DNA of 64,000 bases from Candidatus Omnitrophota bacterium. Lineage in GTDB: Bacteria > Omnitrophota > Gorgyraeia > Zapsychrales > Zapsychraceae. A program made the translations under genes and the position numbers. Shown one piece after another: positions 39,113-46,746 of this stretch. The notes under the pieces are model-generated. The model searched no databases and was not told where the DNA came from. It saw only the letters and a program-made list of their open reading frames with translations. The stretch lies in the NCBI GenBank assembly GCA_015233115.1, contig JADFYJ010000007.1, positions 40,885 to 104,884 on the forward strand, in the 5' to 3' direction. The stretch's first letter is position 1, and each line of letters opens with the position of its first letter.

Positions 39113-39176
39113 GTCGGAAGTCAAAAGTCAGACGTCAGAAGAAAAAACAATAAACAAAAACCACCAAAACTAACAA
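39113..39176 (+). repeat. Composite element: gtcagaag-type plus caaaaacc-type repeats (copy 2) immediately upstream of the gene at 39181
   Basis: ggtcggaagtcaaaagtcagacgtcagaag followed by aaacaataaacaaaaaccaccaaaactaacaa. Same arrangement as 5287-5375. Confidence 0.6.
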
Positions 39177-39180
39177 TTAA

Positions 39181-39906
39181 ATGTCAAAAATATTAGAACC
39201 GGTTACAATTCTCATTCCAAGTCGCTATAACAATCGTTTGATTCTTGAATTGAACATTAAAACCATACGAAAATATACAACCGATTATCCTTATAAAATT
39301 ATTATTGGTGATGCTGGCATTGATAAAGAAACCATGGATTTTTTAACTCAACAAAACGATATTGAAATTGTCGTTTGCCCTGACCAAAAACGGCCTAAAG
39401 ACCATTTAGCCCGTATCTGTAATACCAAATATTTTATTTTTTTCCATGATGATATTCATATCTTACGCCCTGGATGGTTATCTCGGCGCGTCGAAATAAT
39501 GGAAACAAATCCACAAATCGGAGTGTCCGGAGTTATGGGCAATAATTTAATCCCTGGCTGGAAATGGAAACAGTTTATTCCGTTTTTGCCCGTATTATAC
39601 AAACGCTTTTTCCCGCTTATGCTTATGGTCAGAAATGAAACACAAAAAGAATTAGATCTAACTTGGTCAAAAATAAAGGGATTTGATACCGGAGCCATTG
39701 CTTATTATCAATTCTGCCGTCAAAAAAAATGGAAATTTAAGCCATATCCGTTTAAACATGATATCAAACATTGGGGGGCGATGACCTGGGTTGTTCAGCA
39801 TAAAACAGACCATCAACCGTCGAAATTGGATCTCAATAATTTACTGCTGATTCGGACGGAAAAAGAACAGCTCATAAAAAAGATATTGGAAAGCGGCCAA
39901 TTTTAA
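39181..39906 (+). CDS. Hypothetical protein, possible GT-A fold glycosyltransferase
   Basis: The ILIPSRYN...IIIGDAG N-terminus resembles GT2 nucleotide-binding motifs; weak. Confidence 0.35.
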   Translation: MSKILEPVTILIPSRYNNRLILELNIKTIRKYTTDYPYKIIIGDAGIDKETMDFLTQQNDIEIVVCPDQKRPKDHLARICNTKYFIFFHDDIHILRPGWLSRRVEIMETNPQIGVSGVMGNNLIPGWKWKQFIPFLPVLYKRFFPLMLMVRNETQKELDLTWSKIKGFDTGAIAYYQFCRQKKWKFKPYPFKHDIKHWGAMTWVVQHKTDHQPSKLDLNNLLLIRTEKEQLIKKILESGQF

Positions 39907-39961
39907 AAAATCCCCCTTTACAGGCACAAAAAAATCTGGTATAAATGGCTTCCATTTTAAT

Positions 39962-39993
39962 GCCGGCGTAGCCCGTTCGACATCGCTCAGGAC
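39962..39993 (+). repeat. Conserved element duplicating the first 11 nt of the downstream tRNA (upstream of tRNA-Thr)
   Basis: gccggcgtagc (identical to tRNA-Thr nt 1-11) followed by ccgttcgacatcgctcaggac. The paralogous unit at 50168-50199 carries the tRNA-Pro 5' end instead. Confidence 0.7.
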
Positions 39994-40017
39994 TTGCCGG
40001 AAAATATAAAATTTTGT

Positions 40018-40090
40018 GCCGGCGTAGCTCAGTTGGTAGAGCAATTGACTTGTAATCAATAGGTCGGGGGTTCGAAGCCTCTCGCCGGCT
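40018..40090 (+). tRNA. tRNA-Thr (anticodon TGT)
   Basis: Cloverleaf: acceptor gccggcg/cgccggc, anticodon stem attga/tcaat, loop cttgtaa, T-loop ttcgaag; no encoded CCA. Confidence 0.85.
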
Positions 40091-40113
40091 TTTATCGCTC
40101 TTTTTAAATTTTT

Positions 40114-40196
40114 GGGTAGGTACTCAAGTGGTCAAAGAGGACAGACTGTAAATCTGTTGCGCTTGCGCTTCCAAGGTTCGAATCCTTGCCTGCCCA
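40114..40196 (+). tRNA. tRNA-Tyr (anticodon GTA), long variable arm
   Basis: Acceptor gggtagg/cctgccc, anticodon stem acaga/tctgt, loop ctgtaaa, variable arm gcgcttgcgc, T-loop ttcgaat. Confidence 0.85.
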
Positions 40197-40330
40197 TTTT
40201 TAAAAATTAATCTAGTAAGGCAGTGAAGGATGAGAAGAGAGCTCTGCTTATAACTACGACGAATAGGAGTAGTTATAGAGCGAGTGGCCGACCGAAGCAA
40301 CGCGGAGGCGCCAGAATCCTTGCCTGCCCA
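40197..40330 (+). ncRNA. tRNA-Tyr-linked 3' element: conserved hairpin (actac-GACGAATAGGAG-gtagt) + gcgagtggccgaccgaag + ggcgcc + duplicate of the last 17 nt of tRNA-Tyr + T-run
   Basis: Shares its core with 40559-40669. The stem shows compensatory changes and the loop is conserved. The 3' end repeats gaatccttgcctgccca. Confidence 0.55.
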
Positions 40331-40342
40331 TTTATAAATTTT

Positions 40343-40478
40343 GTAAGTGGTAAACGTGGCAAAGGCAGTAAAGGTGATTGAATGGCGATTCATGAATCGC
40401 CCACTAAAAAAATATCGTTTTTTCAATTATCTGTTTTTATTACCTTTACCTCGTTTACCACCTTTATCACCTTTACAA
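40343..40478 (+). repeat. Inverted oligo-repeat pair (gtaagtggtaaacgtggcaaaggcagtaaaggtgat / tacctttacctcgtttaccacctttatcacctttacaa) with a central perfect 18-bp palindrome ggcgattcatgaatcgcc (40384-40401)
   Basis: Read directly from the sequence; lies upstream of tRNA-Gly. Confidence 0.7.
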
Positions 40479-40487
40479 CTTATTCGT

Positions 40488-40558
40488 GCGGGCGTAGTTC
40501 AGTGGTAGAATGCAAGCCTTCCAAGCTTGTTACGTGGGTTCGATTCCCATCGCCCGCT
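40488..40558 (+). tRNA. tRNA-Gly (anticodon TCC)
   Basis: Acceptor gcgggcg/cgcccgc, anticodon stem caagc/gcttg, loop cttccaa, T-loop ttcgatt. Confidence 0.85.
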
Positions 40559-40669
40559 TTTTTTCCCGGAAAGGGAATCGAAGGGAGCGGAGCAAGATGC
40601 GACGAATAGGAGCATCTGGCTTGCGAAGCGAGTGGCCGACCCGAAGGGCGCCGATTCCCATCGCCCGCT
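40559..40669 (+). ncRNA. tRNA-Gly-linked 3' element: hairpin (gatgc-GACGAATAGGAG-gcatc) + gcgagtggccgacccgaag + ggcgcc + duplicate of the last 17 nt of tRNA-Gly + T-run
   Basis: Same architecture as the tRNA-Tyr element. The 3' end repeats gattcccatcgcccgct, followed by tttttt. Confidence 0.55.
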
Positions 40670-40701
40670 TTTTTATTTCATCATCCACCTACGGCTTTCA
40701 T

Positions 40702-41301
40702 ATGAAAAATCTCAGACCCCTTATCTTGACTTTAATCCTTGTTTTATCAAGTCCCATCGTATACGCTGCACCTGTTAATTATTTGATCACTCCTAACAAA
40801 ACTGAATTGATATTTTTAGGTACCTCTACACTGCATGCATTTCATGGCGACTGTAAATCGTTTAAAGGCGAACTCCAATTTACTGAAAAACCACAATCAG
40901 CTCCTGACATTTCCGGCAGAGTCGTTGTTGATGTGAACATGATGACCACGGGTAATAAAACGATGGATCTTAAAATGTTTCAAATGCTTCAAAACGACCA
41001 ATTTCCCATTATTGTATATGAAATCCAAAAATTTATTCCAACAACAAAAACATTAACTGAAGAATCCATACCGGGAAAACTGATCGGACAATTAACGATC
41101 CGTAAAATAACTTTGCCCATTGAATGTGAAGTTGTTGTTAGAAAAACAGTCCGCGGTGAATACGATCTGGAAGGGAAGTCAAAATTAAGTTTAATTGAAT
41201 TCCAAATGAAACCGCCAACCGTATTAAAAATTCTTAACGTGCATGATCCTGTTGGAATTATTTTTACAGCAACCCTGGAACCCAATCTTCAAAAACCGTG
41301 A
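40702..41301 (+). CDS. YceI-family periplasmic protein
   Basis: Signal peptide plus ...TELIFLGTSTLHAFHGDCKSFKGEL..., characteristic of YceI-like domains. The track ORF's N-terminal extension overlaps tRNA-Gly and is rejected. Confidence 0.6.
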   Translation: MKNLRPLILTLILVLSSPIVYAAPVNYLITPNKTELIFLGTSTLHAFHGDCKSFKGELQFTEKPQSAPDISGRVVVDVNMMTTGNKTMDLKMFQMLQNDQFPIIVYEIQKFIPTTKTLTEESIPGKLIGQLTIRKITLPIECEVVVRKTVRGEYDLEGKSKLSLIEFQMKPPTVLKILNVHDPVGIIFTATLEPNLQKP

Positions 41302-41379
41302 CAATGTGACAATGCAAAAACAAAAAACGATTGTTGGCAAAACGAAAATTTTTATTAAGACAAACTAGTTAGGAAACGC

Positions 41380-42084
41380 ATGAAAGTAACTCTTTTAATT
41401 CCGACTTTAAATGAAATCGACGGCATGAAAACTATTATGCCCAAGGTTAAACGCGAATGGATCGATCAGATCCTGGTCGTTGATGGGCAATCCACTGACG
41501 GAACTGCTGACTATGCGCGAGCGCAAGGTTATGATGTGGTCATCCAACAGCAAAAAGGCATCCGCCACGCTTACATGGAAGCTTTGCCGCACATTCAAGG
41601 CGATATTATTCTGACCTTTAGTCCGGATGGAAATTCAATTCCCGAATTGATCCCGGAGTGTCTCAATAAAATGAAAGAAGGATACGATATGGTTATCGTA
41701 TCTCGCTACGCCAAAGGCGCGAAAAGTTATGATGATGATGCCATTACCGCTTTTGGAAATAAAGTTTTCACCACTTCAATCAGTTTATTACATGGTTTTC
41801 CCTATACTGACGCCATGGTCATTTACCGGGCCTACAAAAAAAGTTTAATCACTGAACTCGATCTAGATAAAGATGAAAGTTATGCCTTTCCAGAAAAACT
41901 ATTTAATACTAAAATAAGCTGGGAACCGTTATTATCGATTAGAGCGGCAAAACGTAAATTAAAGATCGCCGAAATTCCTGGAGATGAACCAGTCCGCGAA
42001 GGCGGCGAACGCAAACTCCAAGTCATGAAATGGGGCGCGGCATACATGTATCAAGTGATCAGTGAAGTATTTATTTGGAAGTAA
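41380..42084 (+). CDS. Glycosyltransferase family 2 (dolichyl/polyprenyl-phosphate sugar synthase-like)
   Basis: LLIPTLNE...VVDGQSTDGT...SPDGN GT2 motifs. Confidence 0.7.
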   Translation: MKVTLLIPTLNEIDGMKTIMPKVKREWIDQILVVDGQSTDGTADYARAQGYDVVIQQQKGIRHAYMEALPHIQGDIILTFSPDGNSIPELIPECLNKMKEGYDMVIVSRYAKGAKSYDDDAITAFGNKVFTTSISLLHGFPYTDAMVIYRAYKKSLITELDLDKDESYAFPEKLFNTKISWEPLLSIRAAKRKLKIAEIPGDEPVREGGERKLQVMKWGAAYMYQVISEVFIWK

Positions 42085-42103
42085 AAAGGAAAAATACATT
42101 AAT

Positions 42104-43099
42104 ATGAAACATATATCAATTATCGGCGACGGCGGGTGGGGGACCACTTTAGCTGTTCATTTGGCAAAAAAAAATTATTCCATCAAACTCTGGGGAGCGT
42201 TCGCGCCTTATGTGGCGGAAGTATCGCAAACCCGGATTAATTCAAAATTTTTACCCGGCATAAGATTACCGGTGAGTATTGAATTATCTTCTGACCTCAA
42301 ATATATATTATCCCAATCAGACCTTTGGGTATTTGCCGTGCCATCCAAATATGCGGCGGATGTGTTAAAGCAGATTAAATCTTCCAAAATTAATTTACAT
42401 GGGAAAACCATAGTCAGCGTAACTAAAGGGTTAGATACCAAAACTCTTAAACGCATGTCCGAGATCATAGCAGATCAACTCCAAGGGATACAAGTTGCTG
42501 TCTTATCCGGGCCGACGATTGCCATGGAAGTCGCGCAAGGAATCCCGTCCACTGCCGTCGTTGCGTCTAAAAAGTTAAGCACAGCTAAAGCCATTCAAGA
42601 AATCTTTAATTCTTCGACCTTCCGCATTTATACCAATACAGATGTTATCGGTGTTGAGCTGGGAGGAACTGTAAAAAATATTATCGCGATAGCTTGCGGT
42701 GTATGCGACGGATTAAAATTCGGCACAAATACCAAATCTGCCATTGTCACCCGCGGCTTGGCAGAAATGTCCCGGCTGGGAAAAGCCATGGGCGCCAAAC
42801 AACGCACCTTGATCGGTTTAACCGGTTTAGGTGATCTGGTTACAACCTGTTTTAGCCCGCGCAGTCGCAACCGCACCTTTGGTGAACAACTGGGTTCTGG
42901 AAAAAAAGCCAAAGATATTTTAGCGTCTATGGAAATGGTAGCAGAGGGAGCGGAGTCTGTTCAAGCTGTGCATAAACTGAGTCAAAAACTCGACGTATCC
43001 ATGCCGATTACAACCGAAGTTTTCAATATCGTGTACAAAGACAAAAACCCGATGCAAGCTGTGACAGATTTAATGACTCGCAAAACGAAATCCGAATAA
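42104..43099 (+). CDS. gpsA: NAD(P)H-dependent glycerol-3-phosphate dehydrogenase
   Basis: ISIIGDGGWGTTLA Rossmann motif and conserved GpsA blocks (VTKGL, GLGDL). Confidence 0.85.
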   Translation: MKHISIIGDGGWGTTLAVHLAKKNYSIKLWGAFAPYVAEVSQTRINSKFLPGIRLPVSIELSSDLKYILSQSDLWVFAVPSKYAADVLKQIKSSKINLHGKTIVSVTKGLDTKTLKRMSEIIADQLQGIQVAVLSGPTIAMEVAQGIPSTAVVASKKLSTAKAIQEIFNSSTFRIYTNTDVIGVELGGTVKNIIAIACGVCDGLKFGTNTKSAIVTRGLAEMSRLGKAMGAKQRTLIGLTGLGDLVTTCFSPRSRNRTFGEQLGSGKKAKDILASMEMVAEGAESVQAVHKLSQKLDVSMPITTEVFNIVYKDKNPMQAVTDLMTRKTKSE

Positions 43100-43104
43100 A
43101 TGTC

Positions 43105-44028
43105 ATGTCCGATTTATTCAATCATATCCATAAGGATTCCCCTGCCAAAATTATCAGCGTGAGCCGGCGCACAGATATTCCCGCGTTTTATACTGATTGG
43201 TTCATAAACCGGGTCAGAGCAGGTTTTTGTGAAGTCGCCAATCCGTTTAATCCCCAGCAGGTCGCCACAGTCAGCTTAAAACCTGAACATGTCATTATTT
43301 TTATTTTTTGGACCAGAGATCCAAAACCATTAATGAAATATCTCCCTGAACTTGACGAAAAAGGTTATCAATACTATTTTCTTTACACAATTACGGGCTA
43401 TCCCAAGCCTTTGGAAAAATCATCGCCTTCCTATGATGTCGCCATAAAAACATTCCGGGAACTCAGCCGAATGATCGGCAAAGAGAAAGTTATCTGGCGA
43501 TACGATCCATTGATTTTATCTAACTTAACTCCAGTTAAATGGCACATGGAAAACATTTCACAATTTTTAAATGATCTAAGCGGTTATACGGACCGCATGA
43601 TGATCAGCATTGTTGAACCGTACAAAAAAACGCTGAACCGGCTGAAAACTGAAACAGATGATCATTTCACTTTAATGACAGACACGTTTTCGTCTGAACC
43701 ATATGCCCCCATTTTTAAATATATAGGCGAGACTGCTCCCCAAAAAGGCATCACACCTATGACGTGCGCCCAGCGCTATGACCTGAAACAATTTGGAATC
43801 CAACATGGTTCATGCATAGACACGGAACTGATTAATAAAATTACCGGAATCAAACGGACTTTTGCGAAAGATCCGTATCAGCGCGAATTTTGCCATTGTG
43901 CCGCGGCCAAAGATATTGGAGCGCCAAATACTTGTTTATTTGGATGCCCGTATTGTTATGCTACAATCAGTCATAAAACAGCGGTTAACAATTATAGGAA
44001 ACATGATAAAATAGCACCACATATGTAA
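43105..44028 (+). CDS. DUF1848 domain protein with a C-terminal Cys cluster
   Basis: ISVSRRTDIPAFYTDWF N-terminus, and a C-terminal CHC...CLFGCPYCYA motif. Confidence 0.45.
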   Translation: MSDLFNHIHKDSPAKIISVSRRTDIPAFYTDWFINRVRAGFCEVANPFNPQQVATVSLKPEHVIIFIFWTRDPKPLMKYLPELDEKGYQYYFLYTITGYPKPLEKSSPSYDVAIKTFRELSRMIGKEKVIWRYDPLILSNLTPVKWHMENISQFLNDLSGYTDRMMISIVEPYKKTLNRLKTETDDHFTLMTDTFSSEPYAPIFKYIGETAPQKGITPMTCAQRYDLKQFGIQHGSCIDTELINKITGIKRTFAKDPYQREFCHCAAAKDIGAPNTCLFGCPYCYATISHKTAVNNYRKHDKIAPHM

Positions 44029-44044
44029 AATTATTGTCATTCCC

Positions 44045-44128
44045 GCGAAAGCGGGAATCCAAAAATAAATTATATTTTATTATTACTGGATCCCCGAATC
44101 AAACACTCGGGGATGACAACTTTAAGTA
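44045..44128 (+). repeat. Double-hairpin repeat element, copy 2
   Basis: tgtcattcccgcgaaagcgggaatcca...tggatccccgaatcaaacactcggggatgaca, near-identical to copy 1 apart from the spacer. Confidence 0.8.
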
Positions 44129-44149
44129 TGTTTGGTTAGGACAGAATAA

Positions 44150-44899
44150 ATGAACTTTTTAAAATCATTACTTGCCTGGTTTTTACGAATAATTTTATTG
44201 CTCTGTATTATCGCAATCTGCGGCTATAAAATTTTAACCTCTTCAAAATGGACGGAAAAATTTGCCGGGCAAATTATCAACCGTCAAGTCACTAACGCCA
44301 GTCTTAAAGATCTAAAAATCAAAAAAATAATTCTCACCCCGAATGATTATATTTGGGAAAAAGTCTCTTTTCATGTGACAACCCAAGGCCAGGATTTCTT
44401 CGTCAACGTTGACCGCGCACAAATTCACAATTTAACTTCTGAAAAATGGGACGTATTCATCACAGACTTACACTTAACTAATACCAATATCTCGCTCAGC
44501 AATGCCAATTTATATGGCAAATTTCAATGGAAGGGACCCCTGACATTTAAAGGCCTGGTTTATGCCAAAGTCCTGAATGACAATTATAAAGGAATAGTTG
44601 CCGGGCCCCTGGCATTTAAAGGAACAGCAAAATCAATCTCCAAATTTAATGCTCATTTAACCTCAACACAGGGGGATATAGCCTCTTCCTTAATCCGCTA
44701 TTTAATGGGAGACGTGAACAATAATTTATCTTTTCTGCCTTTTGAAAACCAACTCAACAAGAAAAAATTTATACGGCTTGAAAATTTAAACCTTACCATT
44801 CATAATAGAACCCAAGATAAATTTGAGATTCAGATGTCATTAAACAGTAATGAATTAAATTTAAAACTGAATCCGACCTTAACCATTAATTTGAGGTAA
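44150..44899 (+). CDS. Hypothetical membrane-anchored protein (possibly a YdbH-like fragment)
   Basis: N-terminal TM; positioned upstream of the ynbE and ydbL homologs as ydbH is in E. coli, but much shorter. Confidence 0.35.
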   Translation: MNFLKSLLAWFLRIILLLCIIAICGYKILTSSKWTEKFAGQIINRQVTNASLKDLKIKKIILTPNDYIWEKVSFHVTTQGQDFFVNVDRAQIHNLTSEKWDVFITDLHLTNTNISLSNANLYGKFQWKGPLTFKGLVYAKVLNDNYKGIVAGPLAFKGTAKSISKFNAHLTSTQGDIASSLIRYLMGDVNNNLSFLPFENQLNKKKFIRLENLNLTIHNRTQDKFEIQMSLNSNELNLKLNPTLTINLR

Positions 44900-44903
44900 A
44901 CCC

Positions 44904-45107
44904 GTGAAAAATTATTTGTTGTCATTTTGCATTTTGGGCATCGCGGTTTTATTTTCCGGATGTACCGTGAAAGCTGTCGGAGACCCCAACCGCCCCATCA
45001 CGATTAACGCGCGCATCACGATCGACGTTAATGGATTAAAAGACACCGCCGCCAACATTGAAGATTATGTCAGCGGAAAAAAAGAACAAATTAAAGTTAA
45101 GAAATAG
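44904..45107 (+). CDS. YnbE-like lipoprotein
   Basis: Lipobox FSGC followed by PITINARITIDV, as in the YnbE family. Confidence 0.5.
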   Translation: MKNYLLSFCILGIAVLFSGCTVKAVGDPNRPITINARITIDVNGLKDTAANIEDYVSGKKEQIKVKK

Positions 45108-45116
45108 GAGATATCC

Positions 45117-45524
45117 ATGAAAAAAATATCAATACTTTCACTTTTAGTTTTAGGATTAATGTTAGCAAACGCTGGTTTAGTTTTTGCCGCGCAATATGAT
45201 CTCAAACAAATGACCCCTGAAGTTCAGCAAGCATTAGACAGCCGAAAATCCCGTTTTAGCGAATTAGAAAGCCTTAAAACAGCAGGGAAAATTGGTGAAA
45301 CTAACCAAGGTTATGTACAGGCTTTATCCGGCGACTCTCAAGCTGCGTCTGTTGCGTCCCAAGAAAACTCTGACCGCCGAGTTGTTTATCAAACGATTGC
45401 TGAACAAAACGGTATCGCCGATCAAATATCGATAGTGGAGCGCGTTTTTGGCCAAGTCCAAAAAGACAAAGCCGCACCTGGCGTCAAAGTTCAAAACGAA
45501 GATGGCTCCTGGGTTACAAAATAA
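45117..45524 (+). CDS. YdbL-like periplasmic protein (DUF1318)
   Basis: Signal peptide and a motif pattern similar to YdbL; the gene context matches. Confidence 0.5.
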   Translation: MKKISILSLLVLGLMLANAGLVFAAQYDLKQMTPEVQQALDSRKSRFSELESLKTAGKIGETNQGYVQALSGDSQAASVASQENSDRRVVYQTIAEQNGIADQISIVERVFGQVQKDKAAPGVKVQNEDGSWVTK

Positions 45525-45561
45525 ATTTAATTACTGATTTTCTTAGAAAAGGAAAATAATA

Positions 45562-46089
45562 ATGGCAGGGGAAATTGTGCACGATAAATGGTTACGCTGG
45601 GTAGCGCTCACGACAACAATTCTGGCAGTTATTACTGCGATATTCTCCATGAAAGCATCTGGATTTAGCACCAAGGTGCAAATTTTAACGACTAAAGAAA
45701 ACAACCAGTGGGGCTATTTCCAATCTAAAAGTATCAAACAACACAGCCTAGAACTGCAAAAAGACCTGTTTATTCTGGAAAAATCCCGTGATGGCAACAA
45801 TTCGCAATTTACAGAGTATTTGTCCAAAAAAACTGACGAATATCAAAAAGACCTTGATCGATACAACAAAGAAAAGGCGGAAATTAAAAAAAGCGCGGAA
45901 GACACTATCAAAGAAGAAGAAAAATTTAAGAATAAAGGGGCAAGTCTAGGTCTAGGCGTTATGTTCTTACAAATCTCAATCATGCTATCGTCCGTAGGCG
46001 CCCTCATTAAAAAGCAAGAACTTTGGATTATTGGTTTGTGTTTTGGATTAATCGGAGTTTTTTACGGTGTAATCGGACTTATAAAATAA
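45562..46089 (+). CDS. Hypothetical membrane protein (DUF4337-like)
   Basis: One N-terminal and two C-terminal TMs with a central coiled coil. Confidence 0.4.
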   Translation: MAGEIVHDKWLRWVALTTTILAVITAIFSMKASGFSTKVQILTTKENNQWGYFQSKSIKQHSLELQKDLFILEKSRDGNNSQFTEYLSKKTDEYQKDLDRYNKEKAEIKKSAEDTIKEEEKFKNKGASLGLGVMFLQISIMLSSVGALIKKQELWIIGLCFGLIGVFYGVIGLIK

Positions 46090-46098
46090 GGGTTAACT

Positions 46099-46665
46099 TT
46101 GCAAGCTTTCTTAACATCATTTATATTCGTATTTTTGGCAGAGATGGGTGATAAAACCCAGCTTTTGGCCATGGCATTTGCCAGTAAATATAATCCCTAT
46201 AAAGTTCTTATCGCCATTTGTATTGCGACACTCATCAATCACAGTTTGGCTGTGGCCGCAGGGAAATTATTAAGCACGATCATTCCCATGAACATCATTT
46301 CCCTAATCGCAGCTATATCATTTATTATTTTTGGCTTATGGACGATTCGCGGAGATAAACTGGAAGGAGAAGACAAAAAGCAAAGTCGCTTTGGGCCTAT
46401 TCTAACCGTTGCCATCGCGTTCTTCTTGGCAGAAATGGGAGACAAAACCCAATTAGCCACCATGAGCTTAGCCATTGAATTCAAAAATCCATTTTTCGTT
46501 CTCATAGGTACTACTTTTGGCATGATCATTGCGGACGCATTTGGAATTATTGCCGGTGTAGTATTGCATAAACACATTCCCGAAAAAACCATCAAATGGG
46601 CTTCAGCCAGCATTTTCATCTTATTTGGCATCTTCAGCATCTATCAAATCGTAACAGGCCGTTGA
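46099..46665 (+). CDS. UPF0016/GDT1 (TMEM165) family cation transporter
   Basis: Two EMGDKTQL (E-x-G-D-K-T) motifs. Confidence 0.75.
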   Translation: MQAFLTSFIFVFLAEMGDKTQLLAMAFASKYNPYKVLIAICIATLINHSLAVAAGKLLSTIIPMNIISLIAAISFIIFGLWTIRGDKLEGEDKKQSRFGPILTVAIAFFLAEMGDKTQLATMSLAIEFKNPFFVLIGTTFGMIIADAFGIIAGVVLHKHIPEKTIKWASASIFILFGIFSIYQIVTGR

Positions 46666-46746
46666 CCTTGTCTTTTGTCAATTATATGTTATATTTTCCC
46701 ATAGCCTCCTTGGTTATCTAATATTAATAACGCTGATTTAAATATT

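Noticed and set aside
40197-40669. Prophage or integrative-element att sites, suggested by duplicated tRNA 3' ends
   Set aside because: Only about 95 bp lie between each tRNA and its duplicated 17-mer, and no integrase or cargo genes are present. Two different tRNAs share the same insert. It is recorded as a structured tRNA-linked element instead.
40510-40701. N-terminal extension of the YceI-like ORF as drawn in the six-frame track
   Set aside because: The extension runs through tRNA-Gly and its 3' unit. The real start is the ATG at 40702, followed by a signal peptide.
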